Positions 35,067 to 44,181 of a DNA stretch of 64,000 bases are shown here, piece after piece. The notes under the pieces were generated by a model. It saw only the letters and a program-made list of their open reading frames with translations. It did not search any database and had not been told where the DNA came from. The stretch covers positions 10,284 through 74,283 of IMG/VR virus record IMGVR_UViG_3300023179_000080; one strand, written 5' to 3'. Made by a program: the position numbers and the translations under genes. Positions within the stretch are counted from its first letter, which is position 1. Every line of letters starts with the position of its first letter. This DNA comes from a virus.

Positions 35067-36404
35067 ATGGAAAGCGTGATTGAGATCCTTGAGGCACTTG
35101 AATCTGACAACTCCCGTAACTTCAAGGAGGAGTTGCTCTCAGACAATCGAAGCAATGATCTACTGAAGAGAGTCTTCGTCGCCGCGGGAGATCCGTACAT
35201 CAACTTCTACGTCTCCAAGTTCAAGATGCCGCCGGCGGGCGGCTCTGACGACGACGATAAAGTTGTGAGCGACTTTATCGACAACCTGTATACGCAATTG
35301 TCGACTCGGTCTGTGACGGGCAATGCTGCAAAGGCATTGGTGAACGACTTGTTTGCCAAGATGACCAACAGTCAGCAGAAGTGGTGTCTCCGCATTCTTC
35401 TACGCAACCTGCGTGTGGGTGCATCGGAGTCACTGGTCGAGAAGACCTGGCCTGGTGCGATCGCCAAGTTCTCAGTCCAGCTAGCAGAATCACTCTCTGC
35501 TCGTCACGAGGCGGGCAAGGGCATCGTCTTGACTGACGACATCGAGTATCCCGTTCGAGTCGAACCCAAGCTTGACGGTCTCCGGTGCATCGCGATCAAG
35601 CACAACGGCGCGGTCACGATGTTCACACGCAGCGGGTCGGCGATCGAGACTCTTCCCACGATCAAGGCAGCACTCGAGTCTGCTCCGTGGGACGATTTTG
35701 TTCTTGATTCGGAAGTTATGGGCTCTGACTGGAATGAGTCAGCTTCCGTTGTGATGTCGCACAAAACTGCGAAGAATGACGGCAACATGAAGATGCACGT
35801 CTTTGATGCCATGGCCTTCGACGAGTGGCATGATCAGGAGTCGACCTCAGAATTGACGGAACGGGTCGAACTAGTGAAGGAGTTGGTGTCCACAGTGGAC
35901 GACGAGCATGTTGTCGCCGTGGAAGGCAAGACCGTCATCAATCAGGCGGAACTCATGACCTTCTACTCGAAGACGATGGAGAAGGGCTACGAGGGGATCA
36001 TGATCAAGGACGTCAAGTCTCCATACGTCTTCAAGCGATCTGACGCAGTGCTTAAGCTCAAGCCTGTGAACACCTACGAAGGCGTGATCGTGGGTAATTA
36101 CGAGGCCACTCGTGGATCGAAGCGTGAGGGGTTGTGGGGCGGTTTCCAGGTCCTGATGCCCAACGGCGTCGTGACCCGAGTGGGCGGAGGCTTCTCTGAC
36201 AAGTTGAAGGCAGAGATCGACATGGATCCAGAGGCGTGGATCGGCAAGATCGTGGAGATGGAAGGTCAGCCCGATCCCCTCACAGCCGACGGTCTCACTG
36301 CCGATGGCCGCGTCAGATTTCCTGTGTTTGTTAGGGTTCGTGATTCCCGTGATGTTGACAGCAAGGTGATCGATGCCTACAAGAACTACTCGGCTAATAA
36401 CTAA
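35067..36404 (+). CDS. lig: ATP-dependent DNA ligase
   Basis: EPKLDGLR, LDSE, FD, EGIMIK, KLKP, VGGGFS, RFPVF. Confidence 0.95.
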   Translation: MESVIEILEALESDNSRNFKEELLSDNRSNDLLKRVFVAAGDPYINFYVSKFKMPPAGGSDDDDKVVSDFIDNLYTQLSTRSVTGNAAKALVNDLFAKMTNSQQKWCLRILLRNLRVGASESLVEKTWPGAIAKFSVQLAESLSARHEAGKGIVLTDDIEYPVRVEPKLDGLRCIAIKHNGAVTMFTRSGSAIETLPTIKAALESAPWDDFVLDSEVMGSDWNESASVVMSHKTAKNDGNMKMHVFDAMAFDEWHDQESTSELTERVELVKELVSTVDDEHVVAVEGKTVINQAELMTFYSKTMEKGYEGIMIKDVKSPYVFKRSDAVLKLKPVNTYEGVIVGNYEATRGSKREGLWGGFQVLMPNGVVTRVGGGFSDKLKAEIDMDPEAWIGKIVEMEGQPDPLTADGLTADGRVRFPVFVRVRDSRDVDSKVIDAYKNYSANN

Positions 36405-37185
36405 CGCAGCAGTGCTCACGTTCATCACTGTCACGGCCGCTACTGAGGCGGCCAGTGAAGTCGATTCATGCCTGTTGGGAATGCGACGGGTGCGAGGCAG
36501 TGCGCTTGATCAAAGCGAGTACATCGGATACCTACAGGACACGACCTGCACTTCGTGGATAAACACCGAATTCCCTGCCCGTTGTGCACATTTCAATCGT
36601 GATGCTTGGCTCAAGATCACAGCCAAGCTCAATCGTAAATCGATGGACTTCTGTATGGACGTGTATGAGTGGCCCAATCGTCAGGGAGTCGACCCGCTTG
36701 TGTACGTCGATTACTATGATGCTGTGAATGCATGCACAGCGCTCGGCAAACGTCTGTGCACTGAGGACGAGTGGACGTTTGCCTGCGAAGGTGAGGAGGG
36801 ACGTCCCTATCCTTATGGATACGATCGCGACGCGGCTGCATGCAACATTGACCGTGGCTGGATCCAGCCCGATGTCACGAAGCTTGTGGGCAACGGATCG
36901 TCGACCAAGACTCAAGCAGAACTGCGACGTCTGTGGCAGGGTGAACCCAGCGGGGCTCGAGCAACTTGTGTGTCCCCATTTGGGATCCAAGACATGACGG
37001 GCAACGTCGACGAGATAACTGAAAATTCGCGAGGAACAGGTTACAAGTCAATCCTGAAGGGTGGCTACTGGTCAGTCGTTCGCAACAGGTGTCGGCCGTC
37101 AACACGTGTGCACAACGAGTGGTTCCGCTACTACCAGCTCGGATTCAGGTGCTGTTCTGCCCCATTAGGACACCATTCTACTTAA
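36373..37185 (+). CDS. FGE-sulfatase (SUMF1)-domain protein, myxobacterial type
   Basis: FCMDVYEWPN, GKRLCTEDEWTFAC, YPYG, SPFG..DMTGNVDE, GFRCC. Confidence 0.85.
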   Translation: MPTRTTRLITNAAVLTFITVTAATEAASEVDSCLLGMRRVRGSALDQSEYIGYLQDTTCTSWINTEFPARCAHFNRDAWLKITAKLNRKSMDFCMDVYEWPNRQGVDPLVYVDYYDAVNACTALGKRLCTEDEWTFACEGEEGRPYPYGYDRDAAACNIDRGWIQPDVTKLVGNGSSTKTQAELRRLWQGEPSGARATCVSPFGIQDMTGNVDEITENSRGTGYKSILKGGYWSVVRNRCRPSTRVHNEWFRYYQLGFRCCSAPLGHHST

Positions 37186-37368
37186 TCGGGTTATTCTGAG
37201 GCCATCTGAGGGTCTTCGGGGGCCAACAAGAATGGGGTCGACGGACTATAAGGTGCTGCTGTGCAGCATTTGTGCACAGCAAATTGTGATCGACAATTTG
37301 TCGTAGACGATTGTATTTATTTTGACGACACCGTGCAAACTCACGGTCCTCCGTGGTAGGGTATACTC

Positions 37369-38673
37369 ATGATGACACCTTGTGACACCGAGTTCAATCT
37401 CGACCGGCACCTCATCTCGTTCCTACAGGACAACCCGTTCTTTGCGGAACTGAGCCGCCACATCCACAAGTCGCCCACCAAGTCGATCCCGACGGCGGCA
37501 GTTGCGTTCAACGAGAAGACCGACGAGCTCACCCTCTGGTGGAATCCCGAGTTCTTCGGCAAGCTGTCCCAGTGGGAAGTCCGTGGCGTGCTCACCCACG
37601 AATTCTACCACCTCGTGTTCGGCCACCTGTACGGCCGCCGGCGCAATCCGCCCAAGCTGTGGAACGTGGCGACCGACCTGGCCATCAACTCGATCATCAT
37701 GGGATCTGCCAAGAACGGCAGCCGCCTCGATGGCGATCGCCCGCTTCCCGAGTTCTGCCTCATGCCCGGCGTGATGCCGAAGCATCCGGAAGGCCGCGAT
37801 TACACCGACGAGGAGAAGTCGGCGATGCCGCTCGCGGCGGTGATCGCGAAGCTCCCGACCATGCAGGCGTCGGAGTGGTACTTCGACAAGATCAAGCAGG
37901 AAATGCAGGACCAGCCCGACAACGGCATGGGCCAAGGCGAGGGCAGCCTCGACTCGATGGACGACCACAACGGTTGGGACGAAGTCCCGGACGAACTCCG
38001 CGAGTACGTGGAAGGCAAGGTCAAGTCGATCGTCGAAAAAGCGGCGAAGCACGCCGACTCGCAGGCGAACGGCTGGGGTAACATCCCGGCGGACATGGTC
38101 GACGCAATCCGCAAGTCGGTGTCGTCGGTCATCAACTGGCGCAATGTGCTACGCCAGTTCGTCGGTTCGCTGGTCCGCGGCGGCCGTAGCACCTCGATCA
38201 AACGCATCAACAAGCGTTACCCCTACATCCACCCGGGAGTGAAGCGTGGCTACGAGGCGAAGCTCCTCATTGCGATCGACCAGTCGGGCTCGGTGAGCAA
38301 CGAGATGCTCGCAGAGTTCTTCGCGGAGCTCGGGTCCCTCACCAAGAAGGTGACGATCGACGTCCTTCCGTTCGACTGCGAGGCCCATGACAAGGACATC
38401 TACACGTGGCGCAAGGGTGCGAACATCCCGGGCAAGCGAGTCCGCGGCGGCGGCACGGACTTCAACGCTCCCACTCGACTCGCCAACGATCCCAAGAATC
38501 GAGGCCGGTGGGACGGATTTTTGTGTCTCACGGATGGGGAAGCTTCTGCGCCTATTCCTAGCCGAATTAAGCGGGGGTGGGTCCTTGGCAAAGGTTGTAA
38601 ACTGCTCTTCAAGACGGACGAGATTCAGGTCCACATGACGGACCAGAAGGCCGCAGAGGGTGCCTGGCGCTGA
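37369..38673 (+). CDS. DUF2201 metallopeptidase + vWA domain protein
   Basis: LTHEFYH, WNVATDLAIN, DQSGS, GGGTDF, LTDG. Confidence 0.9.
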   Translation: MMTPCDTEFNLDRHLISFLQDNPFFAELSRHIHKSPTKSIPTAAVAFNEKTDELTLWWNPEFFGKLSQWEVRGVLTHEFYHLVFGHLYGRRRNPPKLWNVATDLAINSIIMGSAKNGSRLDGDRPLPEFCLMPGVMPKHPEGRDYTDEEKSAMPLAAVIAKLPTMQASEWYFDKIKQEMQDQPDNGMGQGEGSLDSMDDHNGWDEVPDELREYVEGKVKSIVEKAAKHADSQANGWGNIPADMVDAIRKSVSSVINWRNVLRQFVGSLVRGGRSTSIKRINKRYPYIHPGVKRGYEAKLLIAIDQSGSVSNEMLAEFFAELGSLTKKVTIDVLPFDCEAHDKDIYTWRKGANIPGKRVRGGGTDFNAPTRLANDPKNRGRWDGFLCLTDGEASAPIPSRIKRGWVLGKGCKLLFKTDEIQVHMTDQKAAEGAWR

Positions 38674-38700
38674 TCGGCAGCGGAGTCAAATCGACCCTAG

Positions 38701-38730
38701 GATCGGGAGCAAAGCTCCCGATCTTCTTTT
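38701..38730. terminator. intrinsic terminator between convergent genes
   Basis: GATCGGGAGC-AAA-GCTCCCGATC-TTCTTTT. Confidence 0.8.
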
Positions 38731-39979
38731 AAAAGAGGTCCACCTGCGCCCAGAGGTCGTGGGTCGCATTCGTTGCTCCGCTTATCTCGCAGCGCAGGGA
38801 GATCTTGTCAAACTGCGCGAGGTCCACTGAAGAGTCATAGTACCGTGAGGCCAGGATGCCATCAGTGATTGTGCCTGTTATGGCAGTATCGACTCCATTC
38901 TTCATGACCACCACCTTGGTGGTGTTGCCCACACCGGGGCCCACCGAGGACGACACGAACAGGCCGAAGCAGACTGATTTCTGTTGGATCGCGTAGTAGT
39001 TGATGTTCGAGTCAGGGTACTGATAGAAGGTCCTGCCACCGATCGACTGTGACGCTTGGATGGTGCTTGCACCGGGCATGAGGTACACGGAAAAATTGGG
39101 AGTGAGGCCCGTGTTTGTCATTGATCCGATGGTTCCGTACCACAGAGTGGTGGGATAGACGTAGGTGGTGAAGTTCTTTCCCGCTGCCGTCTTGTTCACG
39201 AGGTCAGTCCCAGGACCAAGCTGGATCGAGCCTGAGCTTTGGCAGATATCTGCGGTCGTGCCGAATATGGTGGATGTCCTAAACTGGACCTGGCCAGACG
39301 AGTTGTCCACCTCTGCGCCGTAGAACGTGCCAGGTGATGTGGAAGAGCCTGACACGTACAAGTTGATGTCTCGAGTGGTGATCGCGCCTGGGCCCGACAC
39401 GTAGATCCCACGCTTCGACCCACTTCCCGCTGACAGAACGTTAATCGTTAGGCCTTTGAGAGAATTGAACGTGAAGCTGGCTGCTCCGAGGGAGCCTGAC
39501 CCGCTGCAGTGTGCACCGTACACGTTCGAGGTGCCACCGGGGGTGTCGCCGGCAGCGGCATTGTTGACGTTGATCACTGAAGGCCTGACCTTCGAGGTGA
39601 CCGATGTGGTGCCGGGGAAGGCGATGCCCGTGAGGTTGTGATGGTCATTTGATGTGAGGTTAAGCGTGATATCCTCCAGCCTGCAGTTCTCTCCCATCGT
39701 CCACAGTGTTGTGTTCCCGAGGACCCCCGTCATCTGAAGCGTCGTGGTCTGTGTGCTCATCCCTCGTAATGCGGTGCCGTCCTTCATGGTGATACCGCCG
39801 GCGAGATTATACGTTCCGGGTGACACCCAGATGGTGTCTCCTGACACTGAGGCTGACACAGCGGCTGCGACTGTCTTGAACGGTGCCTCACCCGGGCGGC
39901 CCGTCGAATCGTTACCGTAGATATCATCGACCTGTAGGACACGCCCAAACTTCGGGGGAGTCGTTATTAAGTAAGACAT
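38729..39979 (-). CDS. beta-helix (pectin-lyase-like) tail fibre/spike protein
   Basis: GND..G....PFKTV.AA...GDTIWV.PGTY. Confidence 0.75.
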   Translation of the reverse strand: MSYLITTPPKFGRVLQVDDIYGNDSTGRPGEAPFKTVAAAVSASVSGDTIWVSPGTYNLAGGITMKDGTALRGMSTQTTTLQMTGVLGNTTLWTMGENCRLEDITLNLTSNDHHNLTGIAFPGTTSVTSKVRPSVINVNNAAAGDTPGGTSNVYGAHCSGSGSLGAASFTFNSLKGLTINVLSAGSGSKRGIYVSGPGAITTRDINLYVSGSSTSPGTFYGAEVDNSSGQVQFRTSTIFGTTADICQSSGSIQLGPGTDLVNKTAAGKNFTTYVYPTTLWYGTIGSMTNTGLTPNFSVYLMPGASTIQASQSIGGRTFYQYPDSNINYYAIQQKSVCFGLFVSSSVGPGVGNTTKVVVMKNGVDTAITGTITDGILASRYYDSSVDLAQFDKISLRCEISGATNATHDLWAQVDLF

Positions 39980-39989
39980 TCTCTTCTCC

Positions 39990-42011
39990 TCATGTTATGT
40001 ACCACCCACCACCCAACTTGATGAAAGACATTGAGCCGTAGTTCGTGGAAATTTTGGTACCAAGCGCGTCGTCGATAGTGTCTCCGCCGCTGCCCGACAC
40101 CTCTAGGACGTACGCATTTGGAACTGAATCTCTCCTCTTCACCACGGTCTGGAATCCATCGGGTGCGCCTGATGGAAGATTGAGGACCGTCACGCTCGCC
40201 GCCGGCTCCACAAGGACGAATCCTGTGAGCGGCGCCGTGAACGGCCCGGCGCCGGAGAAAGATCGGGTCGACCAGCTCATTGTCCCCGAGAATGATCCAC
40301 TCAAGCCGGATAGAGACACGATGGATCCACTCGTGACGAGGTCTCCACCCAAGAGAGTGACAGCGGGTGTCGAAGATCCACGAGAATTCTTGGATCCGCT
40401 GACAAAGAAGAATACATCAGAGCCCAAGGTGCTGCAAGACCGCATCTCGCTGTCAAATGAGATTGGTCCACTTACAAATAGTGTGCTGCTGACCTCTAGA
40501 GACGCTCCGTATAGCACAGCCCCGTGCAACTCAGCAGTTCCGCTAACAACAAGATCTCCACCAAACATTGCAGATCCGCGATTGGATGTGCCAGCAGACC
40601 CTGCAGAGCCGCTCACGTAGAAGAACACATCGGAGCCCAGTGAACTAATTGGGTTCATCTCGCTGTCGAACGCAGTTGTCCCGCTGACCCTCAAGGTTCC
40701 GTAGATGTCAATCTCGTCACCGGTGATGTATGAGCTTCCGCTGATGACAACGTCACCTCCAAAGAGGGCCACACCTTGGGTGGAGGTGCCGGCAGATCCT
40801 GCAGAGCCGCTCACGTAGAAGAACACATCGGAGCCCTTGTCAGAGGGAGATGTGACAACTCCGTATTCGTCAAATCCACCGACAAATGCGACTGATCCTG
40901 AGGTATAGACCGATCCTGTCACGGAGCTATTGAAATAAGATGGACCACTTCCTCCACCACTGCCGGACGATGGAGATGGAACGGCAGCGCTGACGATCCA
41001 ATTGTTTGTTGTTGAATCCAACGTAACTGTGCACACAGAATATGGATCCGTGACAACGAAGGGACCCGCGGCACCATTGAAAGTTCTAGCACCATCAGTC
41101 AAAGTCAGTGAATTACCGACACTTAGACTACCAAGAACATCGGCAAACACCAGCGTTCTACCACCCACAACAGGAGGCGCAGCATTAGCCTCACGAAGAT
41201 ATGGAAGATCAGGCAATGTAACTGTGCACCCACCGGATGCCACAGCAAGCTCTACCGAGTAATTTGCCACCGAGTGATCACACTGAAATGTGCTACCCGT
41301 GACCCTCTCCTGCTGGGCATACTGCAATCCACCAGCGATTTGAACCATCGTCTGGTTGCTGTTTCCGTAGCCGTTCGACCATGATGATCCATATCCTGTA
41401 CGAATCGCCCTCCTGCCGACGGCCGCAACCTCAACACCATATTGGGCATCAATAAAATTTTGGTATGCCCTCCTGCCTTCCCAGTCGGTACCTAACCACA
41501 TGTCACGGATGCCATTGCCTCCGTCTATGCGGTATCCTATGGCTGTGTAATGATCTAAAGGAGCATCTCGGTCGGGATTGACTGTCAATCGACCATATCC
41601 ACCATCAGAACCCCTGAATGTTATCGTTGGGCATCTGATGAAGGCCGCGCTGTTGTTTGAGAAAAAGTTATAAGCTCCATCTATGTCGATTACTTGACCA
41701 CCGACAACACCTGATCCGGATGCGAGGAGGCTTCCCGTGATTTGGGTGATTCCACTGCCGCCGCCACCACCTCCGCCGCTGCCCTGAGGGCCTTGAGCTC
41801 CCTGTGAACCCTGTGAACCCTGTGAACCCTGTGAACCCTGTGAACCCTGTGAACCCTGTGAACCCTGTGAACCCTGTGAACCCTGCGGCCCCTGGTCACC
41901 TTGGGGTCCCTGTGTACCACCACCTCCCCCGCCGCCCGATTCATAGCGCGGGGGTGGGCGGAAGTATGAATAAGTTTTTCGAAACCGCTCTGCGTCTCTT
42001 TCATTTGCCAT
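39990..42011 (-). CDS. tail fibre-like protein with collagen repeat and [11 protein letters not shown] repeats
   Basis: (GSQ)9; three GSDVFF.VSGS..FGGD.V.SG repeats. Confidence 0.8.
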   Translation of the reverse strand: MANERDAERFRKTYSYFRPPPRYESGGGGGGGTQGPQGDQGPQGSQGSQGSQGSQGSQGSQGSQGSQGSQGAQGPQGSGGGGGGGSGITQITGSLLASGSGVVGGQVIDIDGAYNFFSNNSAAFIRCPTITFRGSDGGYGRLTVNPDRDAPLDHYTAIGYRIDGGNGIRDMWLGTDWEGRRAYQNFIDAQYGVEVAAVGRRAIRTGYGSSWSNGYGNSNQTMVQIAGGLQYAQQERVTGSTFQCDHSVANYSVELAVASGGCTVTLPDLPYLREANAAPPVVGGRTLVFADVLGSLSVGNSLTLTDGARTFNGAAGPFVVTDPYSVCTVTLDSTTNNWIVSAAVPSPSSGSGGGSGPSYFNSSVTGSVYTSGSVAFVGGFDEYGVVTSPSDKGSDVFFYVSGSAGSAGTSTQGVALFGGDVVISGSSYITGDEIDIYGTLRVSGTTAFDSEMNPISSLGSDVFFYVSGSAGSAGTSNRGSAMFGGDLVVSGTAELHGAVLYGASLEVSSTLFVSGPISFDSEMRSCSTLGSDVFFFVSGSKNSRGSSTPAVTLLGGDLVTSGSIVSLSGLSGSFSGTMSWSTRSFSGAGPFTAPLTGFVLVEPAASVTVLNLPSGAPDGFQTVVKRRDSVPNAYVLEVSGSGGDTIDDALGTKISTNYGSMSFIKLGGGWYIT
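41800..41885. repeat. 9-bp tandem repeat (CCCTGTGAA)x9, encoding collagen GSQ
   Basis: Direct reading. Confidence 0.95.
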
Positions 42012-42116
42012 GTGCTTTTCTCACTATACCAAGTAGGCTATACAAAATGACAGTTGCATTATAAATAAGTGCCACTGCCCAAAAGCGTTCAGTTTTTGGG
42101 CGGCAGGAGAATAACA

Positions 42117-42353
42117 ATGAAGCTAGTTACAATCGCAACACTAATCGCTACTTTCCTCGTCGCTTGCGACACTGCAAGGGTTGAAGTGCCCGAGGCAGGC
42201 CTCACGGTTCCATCGGCTTCTGCCTCGGCAGTTCCAGTCCCTGTCGTGTCTGCCTCTGCAGCCGTGGTGGTCGACTCAGGCCCAGTCGTGGTCGTTGATG
42301 CATCGGCTCCCGTCGTCGATGCTGCAGTTGCAGTCGATGCAAGCAAGAAGTGA
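42117..42353 (+). CDS. small lipoprotein (DAG/DAS-rich)
   Basis: AGGAG RBS; lipobox LVA-C. Confidence 0.75.
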   Translation: MKLVTIATLIATFLVACDTARVEVPEAGLTVPSASASAVPVPVVSASAAVVVDSGPVVVVDASAPVVDAAVAVDASKK

Positions 42354-42474
42354 TCAGTGAACAAATGGTGTGGGTCTATGTAGTATAGACTTGCATCTGT
42401 GGCCCCATCGACCATCAGCTAAGTCATCACTTTTTCACAGTGAAAAACTGGGGGCAGCACCCAGTGGGGTCGCC

Positions 42475-42969
42475 ATGGAAGACAAAAAGATCATCAATAG
42501 CTTTACAGACGCTGCAGGATATGGATTTCTATCAAACTGGTATCCTGCATCGATTTGGGTCGATGGCAAACAGTACAAGACTGTCGAACACGCATATCAA
42601 GCCCACAAGACTCTTGATGAATCTACTCGAGAATTGATCCGTAATGCGGGGACGCCCAACGATGCAAAGCGCCTTGGGCATTCTATCCAAGTCAGAGACG
42701 ATTGGGATTCTGTAAAACTCGACCTCATGAGGCAATTCATCAAGAAAAAGTTTGAGAGCCCATTCCTTGCGACGAAATTGATCGCAACAGGCGACGCAGA
42801 GTTGATCAACGAAAATAGATGGAATGATAGATTTCTGGGCGTATGCCGGGGAGCTGGGTTGAACTGGTTGGGGAGGGTTCTGATGGAGGTCCGGACTGAG
42901 CTTCTAAAAGAACAACTTGAAGATAAGAAAATTTTTGAGATTGATGACAGAAATCAATCTGCTGTGTAA
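42475..42969 (+). CDS. NADAR (YbiA-like) protein
   Basis: FLSNWY, TVEHAYQA.K, AKRLG, KF, L.ATG, G.NWLG..LM.VR. Confidence 0.92.
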   Translation: MEDKKIINSFTDAAGYGFLSNWYPASIWVDGKQYKTVEHAYQAHKTLDESTRELIRNAGTPNDAKRLGHSIQVRDDWDSVKLDLMRQFIKKKFESPFLATKLIATGDAELINENRWNDRFLGVCRGAGLNWLGRVLMEVRTELLKEQLEDKKIFEIDDRNQSAV

Positions 42970-42980
42970 GATTGCGTAGC

Positions 42981-43379
42981 ATGGCGCGTGTGAAGCAGGT
43001 CATCGTTGTGCGACGAGACTTGAAAATGAGACGGGCAGAGTTGGCGTCTTTGATCGCAAAGACTGCGGTCAAGTTTTTTCTCGATTCAGATGAATCTGAT
43101 GCGGGTAACAAGATCACAATCAACATGTCACCAATTGAAGCACAATGGGTTTCTGAGCTCAACCCCTCGTTCATCGTGCTCGGTGTCACGTCATATGACA
43201 AGATGGAGAACGTCTTGTTTGCTGCTGAAACAGCTGGGCTACCCGTCTACCGAGTGACGTCATCCCGTTTCTACACAGATGATAAGAGCGGTGTAGAAGA
43301 ACAGACACTCGCAGCTGCGATAGGACCAGACGAATCGTCAACGATTGACACAATTACTGGGCGACTCAGGTTGTTGTGA
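42981..43379 (+). CDS. Pth2-fold protein (degenerate peptidyl-tRNA hydrolase)
   Basis: KQVIVVRRDLKM...AIGP...ID.ITGRLRLL. Confidence 0.8.
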   Translation: MARVKQVIVVRRDLKMRRAELASLIAKTAVKFFLDSDESDAGNKITINMSPIEAQWVSELNPSFIVLGVTSYDKMENVLFAAETAGLPVYRVTSSRFYTDDKSGVEEQTLAAAIGPDESSTIDTITGRLRLL

Positions 43380-43413
43380 AAAGTAGTCACACTACGGTGT
43401 ATCTTCTATTCAT

Positions 43414-43492
43414 GCCCACGTAGCCCAACCGGCAGCATGGCAAGGAATTTAAAATTCTTAAAGTGTGGGTTCGAATCCCACCGTGGGTACCA
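43414..43492 (+). tRNA. tRNA-Leu(TAA), short variable loop
   Basis: GCCCACG/CGTGGGT-A-CCA; AGGAA-TTTAAAA-TTCTT; promoter at 43376. Confidence 0.85.
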
Positions 43493-43531
43493 AATCTAAC
43501 CATCTAGCGTTGAGTATAGTATAGTATAAAA

Positions 43532-43606
43532 CCGCCACAATTGTCCGGTCGACGTGCGAAGCCTTATAAGCATTGCGGCCCGGTTCAACTCCGGGGTGGC
43601 GGACCA
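43532..43606 (+). tRNA. atypical tRNA-Ile(TAT)-like
   Basis: CCGCCAC/GTGGCGG-A-CCA; T arm CCCGG-TTCAACT-CCGGG; loop CTTATAA; weak D and anticodon stems. Confidence 0.65.
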
Positions 43607-43662
43607 AATATTCAATCTCCTTATAATTGTATAGTAATACCTATTACTGTCATTGAGGAGCT

Positions 43663-44181
43663 TTGAGAAAAGTCAAGATAAGTCTAAAGCGTGGTGTGAG
43701 ACAGTGGTCATTTACAATCTATGACACTGTTGAGTCTGCCATATACCTGAAGACTGAACCCATCACTGACCTTGAGACCCCAGATTATCGTCGAACGATA
43801 ACTCTTGAGAGGGGTGAGAGTCTCGAGGCAGAGTGGCTTGGGTCAGAGTGGATATACGACTATGACACTCGCATCATCGACGGGACAGAGAGCGGTGACC
43901 CGCGAGGATTTGTCAAGTACGAAAAAGTACGGATGGGAAAGATCACACCCGTCAAGGGCCTGCAGCGGGAGACGATTTATCTTGAGCTGTACAGCGGGTG
44001 GGTGTCTGGGGGTACCATCCTGTGGAGTAAAGATGGCACTCAGGGTGACATCAGAATAACTCCGATAAAAGGTAGGTCCGTATCTAAGGTAGATTTTGCC
44101 AAAGTATTTGCTGACCATCCACCTGAAGAGGACGAAGATCCGGCAGAACTATTCAAGGACGTGCCGGCAATTCTCAATTGA
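43663..44181 (+). CDS. hypothetical protein
   Basis: GAGGAG RBS before TTG. Confidence 0.7.
   Translation: MRKVKISLKRGVRQWSFTIYDTVESAIYLKTEPITDLETPDYRRTITLERGESLEAEWLGSEWIYDYDTRIIDGTESGDPRGFVKYEKVRMGKITPVKGLQRETIYLELYSGWVSGGTILWSKDGTQGDIRITPIKGRSVSKVDFAKVFADHPPEEDEDPAELFKDVPAILN

Noticed and set aside
37218-37310. tmRNA-like 5' end (GGGGGCC...GGGGTCGACGG) and adjacent hairpins
   Set aside because: No matching 3' T-arm/acceptor end or tag ORF within the short gap
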